Below, piece by piece: positions 1-10,958 of a stretch of 64,000 nucleotides of DNA. Location of the stretch: contig MU054391.1 of the NCBI GenBank assembly GCA_013239625.1, positions 5,973,824-6,037,823 on the forward strand, read 5' to 3'. The translations under genes were made by a program, and so were the position numbers. Source of the stretch: Lama guanicoe. Its lineage: Eukaryota. A model generated the notes under the pieces. It saw nothing but the letters and a program-made list of their open reading frames with translations. It had not been told where the DNA came from and did no database searches. Numbering within the stretch: position 1 is the first letter of the stretch; each line of letters opens with the position of its first letter.

Positions 1-25
1 TCTACCACTGAGCTATACCCTCCCC
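1..25 (-). mobile_element. Vic-1-type tRNA-derived SINE, 5' head only (truncated by window edge), in an RRM2 intron
   Basis: Reverse complement reads GGGGAGGGTATAGCTCAGTGGTAGA, the same A-box head seen in the other SINE copies in this window. Confidence 0.85.
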
Positions 26-193
26 TAAATGTTGAGATTTTTGAAAACATCATAAAGGAGAAAGCAAAGCAGTCAGAGGAAAACATTTCAGCGTGAATCC
101 CAGTTTGGCCTGAGTCCCAGCGCTCTTACTGGAAGCCTGCGATAGGAGGTCTTTGCGGGCACTGCTGATGTTCTCTGGGTCTGTGTCTACCAG

Positions 194-288
194 GGAATTT
201 CTTTTCAATGCCATTGAGACGATGCCTTGTGTAAAGAAGAAGGCAGACTGGGCCTTGCGCTGGATTGGGGACAAGGAGGCCACCTATG
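194..288 (+). CDS. RRM2: RRM2 internal coding exon (95 nt; likely exon 6): (R)[31 protein letters not shown](G)
   Basis: Acceptor cag at 191-193 and donor gtaagg at 289. Peptide matches mammalian RRM2; [10 protein letters not shown] distinguishes it from RRM2B as I recall it. Phase joins correctly to the next exon. Confidence 0.97.
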
Positions 289-363
289 GTAAGGATGCCT
301 TGGCCCTATTACCCCTGAGCTCCGTTGTCTCATGATGTTACTGGTTTGGGGTCCTTCCTCTGA

Positions 364-690
<327 letters not shown>

Positions 691-1396
691 TAAATAATAT
701 ACTGAAATTATTTCGCTCATTCTCAGTCTACATAGGTATTGCCCTATAGGTGATGGAATTTTTTAAGGGATGTTTTATAATTTCTACCAGTCTTCTGTGT
801 GATTCTACTGTACTTCAAAGTTAGTTGGTAAGCATCCCAATGAAACGAGAATCCATTCTGGTCCATTGTAGGTCTTTGAATGTAGTTGGACTGAACTGCA
901 GAAAGTAAAGGTGCCCAGACAATCTAGTGTAAATCCCATCAGCCTTACTCGGAGTTGAACGTACTAAGACTTGCAGACTTGATTCGCTTGAAATTGCATT
1001 ACCGATTTCCTGAACGCTGGGTTGTAAATCTGAGGACTAACTGGCCTAGTCAGTTTTGCCTTTACCTGCTAAGAGTAGTGGCAACATTGGGAGCTCACAG
1101 CTGCAGAGATAAAGTGCTTTCAGTGCAAGTTCTGTCCAGTCCTTCGCCACCACCCAGAGCAGCAAGGACCAGACCTGGCCTCCTGTCATCCAGGGGGCAG
1201 CCGTGAGGGCTTAGGTGGGTCTGAGCCTGCACAGGTGTCACAGCAGTTGAGTCATCTTCCCTTCCAGAGTTTAAGTGCTTTTAGTCCGGCCATGCAAGAT
1301 GTATCAGGAAAATGCAGAACATCAGAAAGCAAGTTCCCCTTCCACATTAGTGATAAAAGTGCTGGTTTCATAGTAATCTTAAACCTTTCCTTCTAG

Positions 1397-1501
1397 GGTT
1401 TACACTGTGACTTTGCCTGCCTGATGTTCAAACACCTGGTACACAAACCTTCGGAGCAGAGAGTAAAAGAAATAATTGTCAATGCAGTTAGGATAGAACA
1501 G
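1397..1501 (+). CDS. RRM2: RRM2 coding exon (105 nt): [35 protein letters not shown]
   Basis: Acceptor ttctag at 1391-1396 and donor gtaggt at 1502. Completes the DExxH iron-binding motif. Not in the ORF track; translated by hand. Confidence 0.98.
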
Positions 1502-1584
1502 GTAGGTGACGTGTGGGGGTCTCGTGCTTGCTGAAGGACATCTTTATGCTGCTGTTTTACTAAGAAGCTGTATTTGGTCCCTAG

Positions 1585-1713
<129 letters not shown>

Positions 1714-1776
1714 TAGCCCTCTGGTTCTTTTTGAAACTGGTGTTCTGTATTGATGTTCTGCTGTGAACCTTTTCAG

Positions 1777-1929
1777 ATTTTCCGAGTAGAAAATCCATTT
1801 GACTTTATGGAGAATATTTCACTGGAAGGGAAGACTAACTTCTTTGAGAAGAGAGTAGGCGAGTATCAGAGGATGGGAGTGATGTCCAGTCCAACAGAGA
1901 ATTCTTTTACCTTGGATGCTGACTTCTAA
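1777..1929 (+). CDS. RRM2: RRM2 terminal coding exon: [50 protein letters not shown]
   Basis: Acceptor tttcag at 1771-1776 and TAA stop at 1927-1929. Contains KTNFFE, the GEY radical-transfer tyrosine and the C-terminal FTLDADF peptide that binds R1. Confidence 0.98.
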   Translation: MFRVENPFDFMENISLEGKTNFFEKRVGEYQRMGVMSSPTENSFTLDADF

Positions 1930-2077
1930 GTGAACTGAAGATATGCTCTCATTTTGCTGATTTTTCTTTTTTTCCCTTCTCACCAAAAGAGAAAAAATCA
2001 GCTACTTGAAGTGTATCAACTAGCTACACCATGAATTATCCACAATGTTCATTAATGGCATCTTGAAAACTGTGTAG

Positions 2078-2085
2078 CTACCTCA
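2078..2085 (+). promoter_or_regulatory. let-7 family 8mer target site (CTACCTCA) in the RRM2 3' UTR
   Basis: Exact complement of the let-7 seed GAGGUAG plus the 3' A. Confidence 0.65.
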
Positions 2086-2358
2086 AAATCAATCCTGTTA
2101 ATGCTAGCGGGGTCACCTAGAATGAAAGCGTAGACAAAAGGCTACTTGGATTCTTAAAAAAGATCTTGCCCAGGTTTGGCTTTTGCAAGCAGGCTGGCTC
2201 TACATGGCTTCACCCTGGCTCTTAGCAGCATTCTTGGCCTGAAAGTGTGAAGACTCGAGCGAGTTTGTTCCAGCAGGATTAAACAGTAACTACCACAAGG
2301 CCATAGGAAGACATCAGAATCCCTGCTTCAAGGCAGATTTTAAAGTTTACTTATGATT

Positions 2359-2392
2359 TGTATATAAAACTGGCACTTTACACACAAATAGA
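2359..2392 (+). promoter_or_regulatory. 3' UTR module: Pumilio element TGTATATA (2359-2366), miR-17/20/93/106 8mer GCACTTTA (2373-2380), variant polyA signal AATAGA (2387-2392)
   Basis: Motifs read directly from the sequence; function is inferred. Confidence 0.55.
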
Positions 2393-3639
2393 CAGAGTTT
2401 GTACTGTAGGGTAAAGGCTTGATTTAACCTAAATTTGTTGGTTTCTACACCAAATACAAAGTATTCTATTTACCACTTATGGGAGCCAATTCTAAATTTA
2501 CTACACCTGCACTAAATTTACTAGGTGACCAGACTAGGTTAAACCTGTGTAAACTAAGGATGGTATTTCTATGCTTTATTTTCTTTAATGAATTGAAGCG
2601 CTTTTTAAAACTCAATCCCGTGCACACCTAGGTATTAGTAGTGGGCAAGTGGCACCACAGAGAACACAAGTTGGTTTTGTATTCTGTAGCCCAGGTCCAG
2701 GGATGAGAGATGAGGGGAGAGGAGACTTAGGTCATTGGGAACTGAAGTGTGATCTGGGCTCACTGGTAACCTGGCTATGTGTGGCAATATCATTTAATTC
2801 CTCAAATTGTTATGTCCCTCAATTTCAAGTTAGTATCAAAGATCCTTGAAGAGTCTTCTTAGCTGGGATCTAAGATACTAGCCTTGTAAATTGGTTTTCA
2901 GATCATCCTAAATGGCCCACCTAAGATCTTTCTCCTATTAAGTGGGAAAATCAGGACTGAAATTGCCTGTCCTAAAAGTTGAGTGTTTATCTTCATGTTG
3001 TTAAACTTGTGTGTAAGTAGGTACTGTTGACTTAATCCATTTATACTTTACTACATGTCTTGAGTTAGAAAAATTTGTTACTATATGTTTTTTTACTATC
3101 CGTAGTTCATACTTTGAAATATATACCCAGTATTATTTTGCAGTTCATAACTGATTGAGAAGGTATTGTTCAGTGCAGTTACCTCTAGGATTTGCCTAAA
3201 TCTGAGCGTTAACTTGCTGCATTGCTAAACTTCAGTAGAAAACTAGTGTTGAGTGAGTAATTAACACTTGTTCCAGTCACATGTTAGCTTCATAAAGAAG
3301 TATAAACTTAATAGGAATATTTAAGAGAGCTAGTTTGAATCAATCTGCCTTTTTGTTCCCTGCCCCCCTCCTCCCACCCCAGAAAGCTGAGATGTCACAT
3401 GGAAGGTCATGCATGATACACATCGGTCCTTTGGCCATGTTTGTTACCACATTGTGTTGTGTGTTGGCTGACTGACCACTGGCTTGTTCTGTTGTCAGTT
3501 TTCTTCATTAATTGTATAAATGGTAAAATAGTCAATTTAAAAATTTCTGTAACAGGGGGCCCCTTTTTATCTTTTAAATTATTGTTCCAGAAAGTTAATC
3601 CAGATTATATGGTCTGTACACTTGTGCAACACAAAAATG

Positions 3640-3653
3640 AATAAATAAATAAA
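3640..3653 (+). terminator. Distal polyadenylation signal(s) of RRM2: three overlapping AATAAA
   Basis: AATAAATAAATAAA, with TGTA upstream (3616-3619) and G/T-rich sequence downstream. Confidence 0.75.
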
Positions 3654-4052
3654 CTTGCTACGCGTTCGTCATCAGGTGGAGGTTGGAGGCAGATTTTGGG
3701 ATTCTTCCTCCCATTAGCTGTGTGGTAGAATTAATGTCTGCCAACTAGGGTTCAGTTTCTTAATCTGTTTAAAGGGAAACAGATTTTGTCTAAATCATTT
3801 CAAAGTCTTGAGTACTGCACAAGTGTGAAATGATTTACGTAAAACTGCTTACGTTAGTCCCTTGATAAAATGTGCATTTCAGTTCAGGAAGAGAACAACC
3901 AGGAAGTATTTTGTAAATGCCAAATGAGTTCATTTGCTGTCAGTTCTGGGGAAGGGGCCTTCCTCGTGCCTGTTCTGGCACAAAGTATGTGGGAAACAGG
4001 TACACTTGAAGGCTGATGCCCCAACTCACTCAACACACTGCACATGGGGTTT

Positions 4053-4204
4053 GAGTTTTATTTATTATTGAGTTATTTACTTATGTTATCTTGGTGGGGG
4101 GAGGTAACTAGGTTTATTTATTTTTATAGGAGGTCCTGGGGATTGAACCCAGGTCCTCACGTATGCTAAGCAAGTGCTCTGCCACTTGAGCTATACCCTC
4201 CCCC
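4053..4204 (-). mobile_element. Vic-1-type SINE
   Basis: Minus strand GGGGGAGGGTATAGCTCAAGTGGCAGAGCACTTGCTTAGCATACGTGAGGACCTGGGTTCAATCCCCAGGACCTCC (A and B boxes), then AATAAATAAACCTAGTTACCTCCCC and an A-rich tail. Confidence 0.9.
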
Positions 4205-5080
4205 TGCACATGGGATTTGTGAAGCCAGGATCGAGTGCGTTCAATTTGCCAGCAACCTTGGGTGAGCCACCTGGGTCTGCCTAGCTAGGGTTTCTCTTTG
4301 CTGTCTCTCATCAAGCTGACCTATGGGGGCTCGGGTTGGCCCCTCTTGTCTATAAATGCCCTTTCCTGGACCAATCCCACCTACCTTTTAGAAATATTCC
4401 CAAATTAACGAATTATTCATTATGTGTCCCCACTTGTGAGGTGCAGTTACTCAAATGGTGGCTGCCTGGTCAGGCCCTGCTGTAGGCATTGGAGGTGGGG
4501 CAGAGGACAAAGCACACCCCCCCCAGTGCATTTGAAGCTCACTCCTCAAGGAGGAAGCCGGGTACATAAGACGGTGATGCAGCTACAGAATCAAAACAGG
4601 GAGGGTGCAGCGGAGGACGCCCAGTGGATGGGGGCGTTGAGGAGCCTGCTTGTGGGTTGCGGAGGTGGGGACGGGATGAACCTTACTGATGGTCATGCTG
4701 CTCCTGCCTCCCTGCTTCAATGTGTTAATCCTGTTTGTCCTATGAAGGAGGATTTCACTTCAAAGGCACAGGTTTTATCCACTCCCTACACAGCCTCCAA
4801 GGATTAGGCCCTCAGGGAGTGATGGGTGGGTGAGGTTTGGGCTGTATTTTGGGGTGGATAGGTAGAAGTGTGTTCTGTGTCCTGGAGGAATCTCACTGGG
4901 AACTCTGCACCCCAAAGGTACTCAGTGTCATCTGATTCCTGGTGTTGGGTTGATGACATCTTTGGGTACTTTACAGGCAGCCATGCTCTAAGGATCCTCA
5001 ACTCTTAGAACAGCCTCCCTGGTGCAGCCCATGGTCATGTTTTTTCTTGCCATTCACCTCTGCCAGCTGGCCTTGCTCTT

Positions 5081-5214
5081 TATTATTATTTTTTTTAAGG
5101 GGGGGGGGGTAATCAGGTTTATTTTTATTCTTAGAGGAGGTACTGGAGATTGAACCCAGGACCTTGTGCATGCGAGGCATGTGCTCTATCACCTGAGCTA
5201 TACCCTCCCCCTCA
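5081..5214 (-). mobile_element. Vic-1-type SINE with perfect 16-bp TSD
   Basis: TSD AGCTGGCCTTGCTCTT at 5065-5080 and 5215-5230. The target reads TT/AAGA on the minus strand, an L1-endonuclease-type site. Confidence 0.93.
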
Positions 5215-5269
5215 AGCTGGCCTTGCTCTTAAACACACCTCCCTGCGTCAGAGTTAGTGTGGTCGGACC

Positions 5270-5520
5270 ACTGAGTCTGAATTGCCTCTGGTATTAAAGA
5301 CTCGGGCCCCATCCCAGACCCACTGAATCAGTCTTGGGGTGGAACTAGGGAGCCTGTGATTTTCATGAGTTCACTTTGGGAGATTCTCAGACATCTGAGA
5401 GAGGGAGGGGGTAGACGCCTTATTCAGTTCAAACCAGTGGTTTTCAACTCAGTGTGCATCATAATTACCCATGGTCTTTAAAAAAAAAAACCCAAGGCCT
5501 GGACCCAGTTTCTCAATTTT
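5270..5520. mobile_element. MER5-like hAT-Charlie DNA transposon fragments
   Basis: GGGCCCCATCCCAGACCCACTGAATCAG and CCAGTGGTTTTCAAC...CATAATTACC are typical MER5 segments. Confidence 0.6.
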
Positions 5521-6559
5521 AACTGGATGTGCTTTCTGATTTGGGCTCCAGATGTATTGAGCCCCAGGACTTAAGCTCATTACACCCGAGCCCAGGGGTT
5601 CCGCTCTCTTGGTGTGGCCAAGCCTGGCTGCTGATAGAGCTGTGAGAACCTTTGCCTGCCAGGCACTGCCTGGCCCACGATCCAGCCTGAGGAATGTTCC
5701 CGTGCAAAGCCGGAACTAGATGGGTATTTGTAAGCACCATCTGGCCAGGGAGCTGTTCGGCGGCATCGGTAGCTCTGCCAGTCCCGGTGATCCTGACAAC
5801 GGTTTCACTGCAGAGCAAGAGTTTCAGCCCCTCAGTGAGTGGCTGCAGCTTTGAGGCAACAGGATTGCATGGCTTGGCCCATTCGAACCAGAGAAGACTT
5901 TGATAGGGCCTCCCCCTTCCCCATCCCCTTCTGTGGAGGGGGCTACCCCTCCTGGTGAACTCTGGGCACTCGGGAAAGAACACAATCAGTGGCGTCTCCT
6001 TGTCGTGACCTGGAGCGGATTTTTCATATCAGGATGTTTTAGGATGAGGGTGGTTCGGTAATCACAATGACCTTAGCTTGGCCCTGGAGACTAGAGGGGC
6101 TCCGGCAAGACGGCAGGCTGAAGTGCCCCCAAACCCTCCTACTTCAGACACCAACACGAACAGAATGGGGAATGACATCCTGAGAAGGGAGTTCCCAGAT
6201 GCTGGGAGCAAAGATGGTGACCGTGGGAGCCTGTGCTTGTAGCTGCCCTTTAGAGCAGTCTGAGGGTGAAGGACCAGACACCCCCTTGGGTTTGGAGGGA
6301 GGGGTTGACCTGCACTAAGGGAGGGGCTAGAACCAAAACATCTTCACAAAACAGGCCCCTGGGCAAAATGGGAACTAAAGTAATTTCACTAGCCCAGGGC
6401 AAGGGAGAGGAAGAGGGAGTTAATCTTTCTGGACTCTGAAAAAAGTCAAAACCCTAGGTTTGCACCTCCCAGATTTGTGATCTAGGAATTCATGGACAAA
6501 CATACCCTCAGCCAGCTGCACGTGGTTCCCACAGGTGGGGCTCAGTCATGTTACAAAAC

Positions 6560-7010
6560 ATGCAGGGAAACCACGTGATTGCAGGAATGATGGGTGCAAT
6601 AATGCCAAGAACTTCAGGTTAATAAGAAGATGGATAATATAATGTGATCAAAGGGAAAATATGAATCAAAACCCAAAGGACAGAACTATAAAGAAGTAAT
6701 AGGTAGATTTTAAAAAGACACAGCTAGAGTTGCTGGGAATACAATACAACTGCTGGAATTCAAGCACTTAGAGCTTAAAAATATATCCTGTTTAGCAGGA
6801 TTAGACACAGCTGTTGAGTTGGTGACCTGAAGGAATATCACCGAAGGAATTATCCTAAAGTAAATGGGAAATAGGAAAAGACAGGAAATGCCAAGGGTTG
6901 AATTAGAGTGCACATTTCTAAGGGAAGTTTTAATAATGGAGAGAACAGACAATGTCAAGGAGGTAGTGACTGGTAATTTGCCAAAGGTGTCTCATCCTCA
7001 CAGAGAGTCC
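6560..7010 (+). mobile_element. Old L1 fragment (ORF1-like, A-rich)
   Basis: Strong purine/A skew and segments such as AGCAGGATTAGACACAGCTG and GACCTGAAGGAATATCACC that resemble decayed L1M ORF1. Confidence 0.45.
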
Positions 7011-7559
7011 GAGGATGCCCCCTCCTCCCATGTCCACGGTACCATCAGGGTGAGGTTCTGGGGCCAGTGTGGGTGTGATTGTGTGACCTAGTGCCTGTTC
7101 TTGATGTGAACAGTGCGAATTTTACAATTTGGCCACACTGGCCTGGGGACAAACATGACGAGGGGTTGAGACCTGGATGGTAGCAGGTGAAAAGACATGG
7201 GGGACTGGTTCTAGACACATGCTGGTGTGGAGAGATCCAGGCCCTCCTAGTTTGGAGGTTGGGGCTGAGCCTGCTGGGTGTGGTTTGATCTGAGAGTTTA
7301 AAGGACCTGCCAGAGGTTGCCTGTGACTCAGAGAGGCCCTCCCTGTACCCTCTGAATTGAGTAGAGATGGTGGGAGAGGACCTGGCTCTGACAAGGTGGG
7401 ATCTGCTTTAGGATTGGGTAGGGCCTTGGAAATGCTCACTCCCCCTTGCACAAGAGCCCACTGACTGACCCTTTTTGCCCGCAATCAAAAGCCCCTTGAC
7501 CACAGCCACTGGAGTTCCAGACTGCTTGCAGGACCTGGTTACTGCCAGCCAGAGCCACA

Positions 7560-7830
7560 CTTAGGACTTGCATTTGGTTTGGGCTAGGGGAATCCCTGTT
7601 TTACTCCGGGCCTTGGAGTTCAGGGTACAGAGGGTTTGGGGCTGCTGCAGACATCTTGTAACCATGAAGGCAAGCCTGTATTGAGAGTGGGGCTCACACA
7701 TGGGAAAGGAGAGCTGATTGACAGAGAAACAGGGTCCTCATGACTTCATTTTCTGGATCCAGCCATGCCTGAATCCCACACCCCAGACTGTTCACTTAAG
7801 TAAACCAGTGAATTCATGGTAACTCACAGC
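7560..7830 (+). mobile_element. Old MLT1 (J/K/L-like) MaLR LTR fragment
   Basis: CATCTTGTAACCATGAAGG...CTGGATCCAGCCATGCCTGAA...GTAAACCAGTGAATTC. Confidence 0.55.
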
Positions 7831-7859
7831 CCTGAGTTCATCTGATCCACAGTCACCCT

Positions 7860-7965
7860 GGGGCAGGGATGATTAGACCCATTTTACAGATGTGGCCAAG
7901 AGGCACAGGGAGGTAAGATACCTTGCTGGAGACCTCATGAAGATAAACAGTGGCCAACCAGGACG
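7860..7965 (-). mobile_element. MIR fragment
   Basis: MIR core CCCATTTTACAGATGTGGCCAAGAGGCACAGGGAGGTAAG. Confidence 0.6.
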
Positions 7966-8711
7966 AGAACTCAGGTGCCCTGGCCCCATGGCCACACTTT
8001 TGTCCCTTTACTGCTTGGGGATTCTTGCTCCCCTTTATGAGAGAACGGCTACCCAGGCCTCCATGCTGGTCCCGAGGAGGCAGCTTCTGGAGCTGCTCCT
8101 GCTGCTCAGGGACCCTTGTCAGGGGACCGTGTCCTCGCACCCCTTGTCCTGCTTTTCCTGTGTGCCTAGCATGGTGGGGAGGCTGCCCTCTGATTTGTCC
8201 CTGCCGCTGTGGCCCTGTGGCCTGCCTGGGCAGGAGCCTCCCCCATTGTCTGTAAATCAGAGAGCATCATCACTGGCCCAGGCTTTGGACCCAGGGAGCC
8301 ACTCCTGACTTGGTGATGCGTGAATCTTCCAAATAAAGTCACAGGCCTGTGGCATGCCACACGCTGCCCCAGGAAGGCTGAAGAGAGAGCTAGGCACTCA
8401 GGGAACCCCCAGGAACCCCAGGGTTAGTAACTGGGTGGGTGGGAGCAGTGACTGACCTCAGAGGTGAGATAGGGGAAGGGTCCACCTGTTTCCAGAAAGT
8501 GCCCGGAGCCAGGCTGCCTGTGTGAGGTCTCGCTGGGCCTCCCTGAGCCTCCCCTCCCCTTGGGGTGGGGTGGCCTCTCCTGCAGGACCCCAGGACATGC
8601 TCCTGCTTTGCAAGACATGCAGATAGGTGCTGGGGGCTGGTCCAGCCTCCTCTGGGCTAATCCCACTCGATTTCCAGTCGCTGAGCTGCACTTCCTCATC
8701 TCAGTGAGCTG

Positions 8712-8804
8712 TTTCTTTCTTTTTTTAATGGAGGTACTGGGGATTGAATCTAGGACCTCGTGCATGCTCAGCATGTGCTCTACCACTGAGCTATATTCTC
8801 CCCC
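8712..8804 (-). mobile_element. Vic-1-type SINE (short tail)
   Basis: Minus strand GGGGGAGAATATAGCTCAGTGGTAGAGCACATGCTGAGCATGCACGAGGTCCTAGATTCAATCCCCAGTACCTCCATTAAAAAAAG. Confidence 0.9.
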
Positions 8805-8904
8805 GCCTCCCCCAAGCAAGCCTGTCTTTAACAGTACAGGGACAGCGGCAGCAAAACCTGGCTTTAGAAATTGTCACCATGAGAACTAGGTGACTATGGT
8901 ACCT

Positions 8905-9100
8905 GCATTTTTTAAACAGCTTTATGGAGATAATAATTTCAATGTTTTTAGTCTATTCCCAGAGTTCTGTAACTATCACCACAATCCATTTTAGAAAAAT
9001 AGACCCTGTCCCCATCAGAGTCCCTCCCCGTTCCCCCTCACACCTTCCCAGCCCCTGGGAAACCAACGATCAGTAGGTTTGATTGTTGTCTCCATAGGTT
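8905..9100 (-). mobile_element. Old L1 3' end fragment
   Basis: TTTTTTAAACAGCTTTATGGAGATA...TAACTATCACCACAATCCATTTTAGAA. Confidence 0.6.
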
Positions 9101-9992
9101 TGATGTGGCACATTTTTGAGACACTCGGTGAATAGAAGTTATTAATGGAAAAGGCACTGAATTTTATTTCTAAGAGATCATTTAGAATGTTAGAGGCGGC
9201 AGAGAGGTGATGGGTCTACCTTGCAGAGATTTGATTTACATTTCAGAAAGCTTTTTTTCCCTTGGAAAAACATTTTATATTAAAAAAAAAAATCCCTGAC
9301 ATTGCCTGGAAGGGGAATGTCACTGAAATGCAGAGCCTGAGCTGGCTGGAAGACCTCCATTCCTTCACTCCCTGGATCATTAAACACGAACTGAGCCCTC
9401 CTCCCTCTGGGCTAGGGGAGGACCCACAAGGAAGGCCAGGGATCAGCAAACTAGGCCTGGGGACCAGATCTGGTTCACTGCCTGTCTTGTACAGACTCTG
9501 AGCTAAAAATGTCCCAAAATGTATCAAAAGCATAAGATTTCATGATACATGGAAATGATATGAAATCCACATTTCATCACCCAAGGATGGTTTCACGGGC
9601 ACGTGGCCACCTTGCTAAGGCATTTTCTTTCAGGCCCTTTCTAGAAAGCATCTGAGTGAGGCATGACCTTGCTCTTAGGGGGCCTGTGGTTGAGTCAAAA
9701 GACGGGAAAGTGGATGGTCAGCAGAGCCAGCAAGTGCCCACTCAAGAGCCGGTCAGTGAATTGTCAGGAGGTTTCTGAGTGCATTAACTTGGCTAGGTAG
9801 GGCCGCCACGGCAAAGTGCTGCAGACAAGGCGGCTCCCACAACAGACACCGTGTCACAGTCCTTGAGGCTGCAAGTCCAAGATCAGGTTGTCGGCAGGTT
9901 TGGTTTCTCCCGAGGCCTCTCTTCTTGCCTTACAGGTGACCATCTTCTCATTTTGTGTCCTCGCCTGGTTGCCCCTGGTCTCTGTGTGCCTT

Positions 9993-10228
9993 TTTTATGT
10001 ATATATATAAAAATATACCTTTTTACTTATATGTATACACCTAAGCTTCTACTTCTGGATTCCTTTATTAAGATAGTTTTTTTTTATGATTTCTTTTTTG
10101 GGGATGGAGGTAATTAGATTTATTTATTTATTTTCAGTTTTAAATTTTTAACAGAGGTACTGAAAATTGAACCCAGGACCTCATGCATGCTAAGCACACA
10201 CTCTACCACTGAGCTGTACCCTCCCTCT
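9993..10228 (-). mobile_element. Vic-1-type SINE with ~85 nt of extra 3' sequence
   Basis: Head at ~10155-10225. Decayed TSD TCTCTGTGTGCCTT (9979-9992)/TCCCTGCGTGTCTT (10229-10242), 11/14 identical. Confidence 0.85.
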
Positions 10229-10258
10229 TCCCTGCGTGTCTTAATCTCCTCTCCTTGT

Positions 10259-10958
10259 TTTTTTTTTTTTTTTTNNNNNNNNNNNNNNNNNNNNNNNNNN
10301 NNNNNNNNNNNNNNNNNNNNNNNNNNNNNNNNNNNNNNNNNNNNNNNNNNNNNNNNNNNNNNNNNNNNNNNNNNNNNNNNNNNNNNNNNNNNNNNNNNNN
10401 NNNNNNNNNNNNNNNNNNNNNGTAACCACAAGTCTGTATTCTCTGTCCATGAGTCCATTTCTGTCCTGTATTTATGCTTTGTTTTTGTTTGTTTGTTTGT
10501 TTCTGTTTTTTAGATTCCACATATGAGCGATCTCATATGGTATTTTTCTTTCTCTTTCTGGCTTACTTCACTTAGAATGACATTCTCTAGGAGCATCCAT
10601 GTTGCTGCAAATGGCATTATGTTGTTGGTTTTTATGGCTGAGTAGTATTCCATTGTATAAATATACCACATCTTCTTTATCCAGTCACCTGTTGATGGAC
10701 ATTTAGGTTGTTTCCATGTTTTGGCTATTGTAAATAGTGCTGCTATGAACATTGGGGTGCAGATGTCATCCTGAAGTAGATTTCCTTCTGGATACAAGCC
10801 CAGGAGTGGGATTCCTGGGTCATATGGTAAGTCTATTCCTAGTCTTTTGAGGAATCTCCACACTGTTTTCCATAGTGGCTGTACCAAACTGCATTCCCAC
10901 CAGCAGTGTAGGAGGGTTCCCCTTTCTCCACAGCCTCTCCAGCATTTGTCATTTTTGG
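10259..10958 (-). mobile_element. Young 5'-truncated LINE-1: open ORF2 C-terminus, 3' UTR and polyA tail
   Basis: Uninterrupted [22 protein letters not shown]...WKQPKCPS...YYSAIK...SEVSQKEKEKYHMRSLICGI* (cysteine-rich ORF2 C-terminus; stop at 10510-10512). Poly-T on the plus strand at 10258-10274. Perfect 18-bp TSD TTAATCTCCTCTCCTTGT at 10241-10258 and 10959-10976. Confidence 0.95.
10275..10421. other. Assembly gap (147 N)
   Basis: Run of N next to the L1 poly-A tail. Confidence 1.

Larger units (their letters stand above)
1930..3675 (+). other. RRM2: RRM2 3' UTR (long isoform, approximate end)
   Basis: AT-rich sequence after the stop codon, ending at overlapping AATAAA hexamers. Blocks such as GGTTTCTACACCAAATAC and AAAGTTAATCCAGATTATATGGTC resemble the human RRM2 3' UTR as recalled. 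Confidence 0.8.

Noticed and set aside
2492..2523. 12-bp direct repeat CTAAATTTACTA in the 3' UTR
   Set aside because: Small local duplication with no recognisable motif.
5560..5990. Codon-like CpG-containing stretch as a possible processed pseudogene or extra exon
   Set aside because: Hand translation in several frames gave no recognisable protein, and there is no polyA tail or TSD. BLASTX would settle it.
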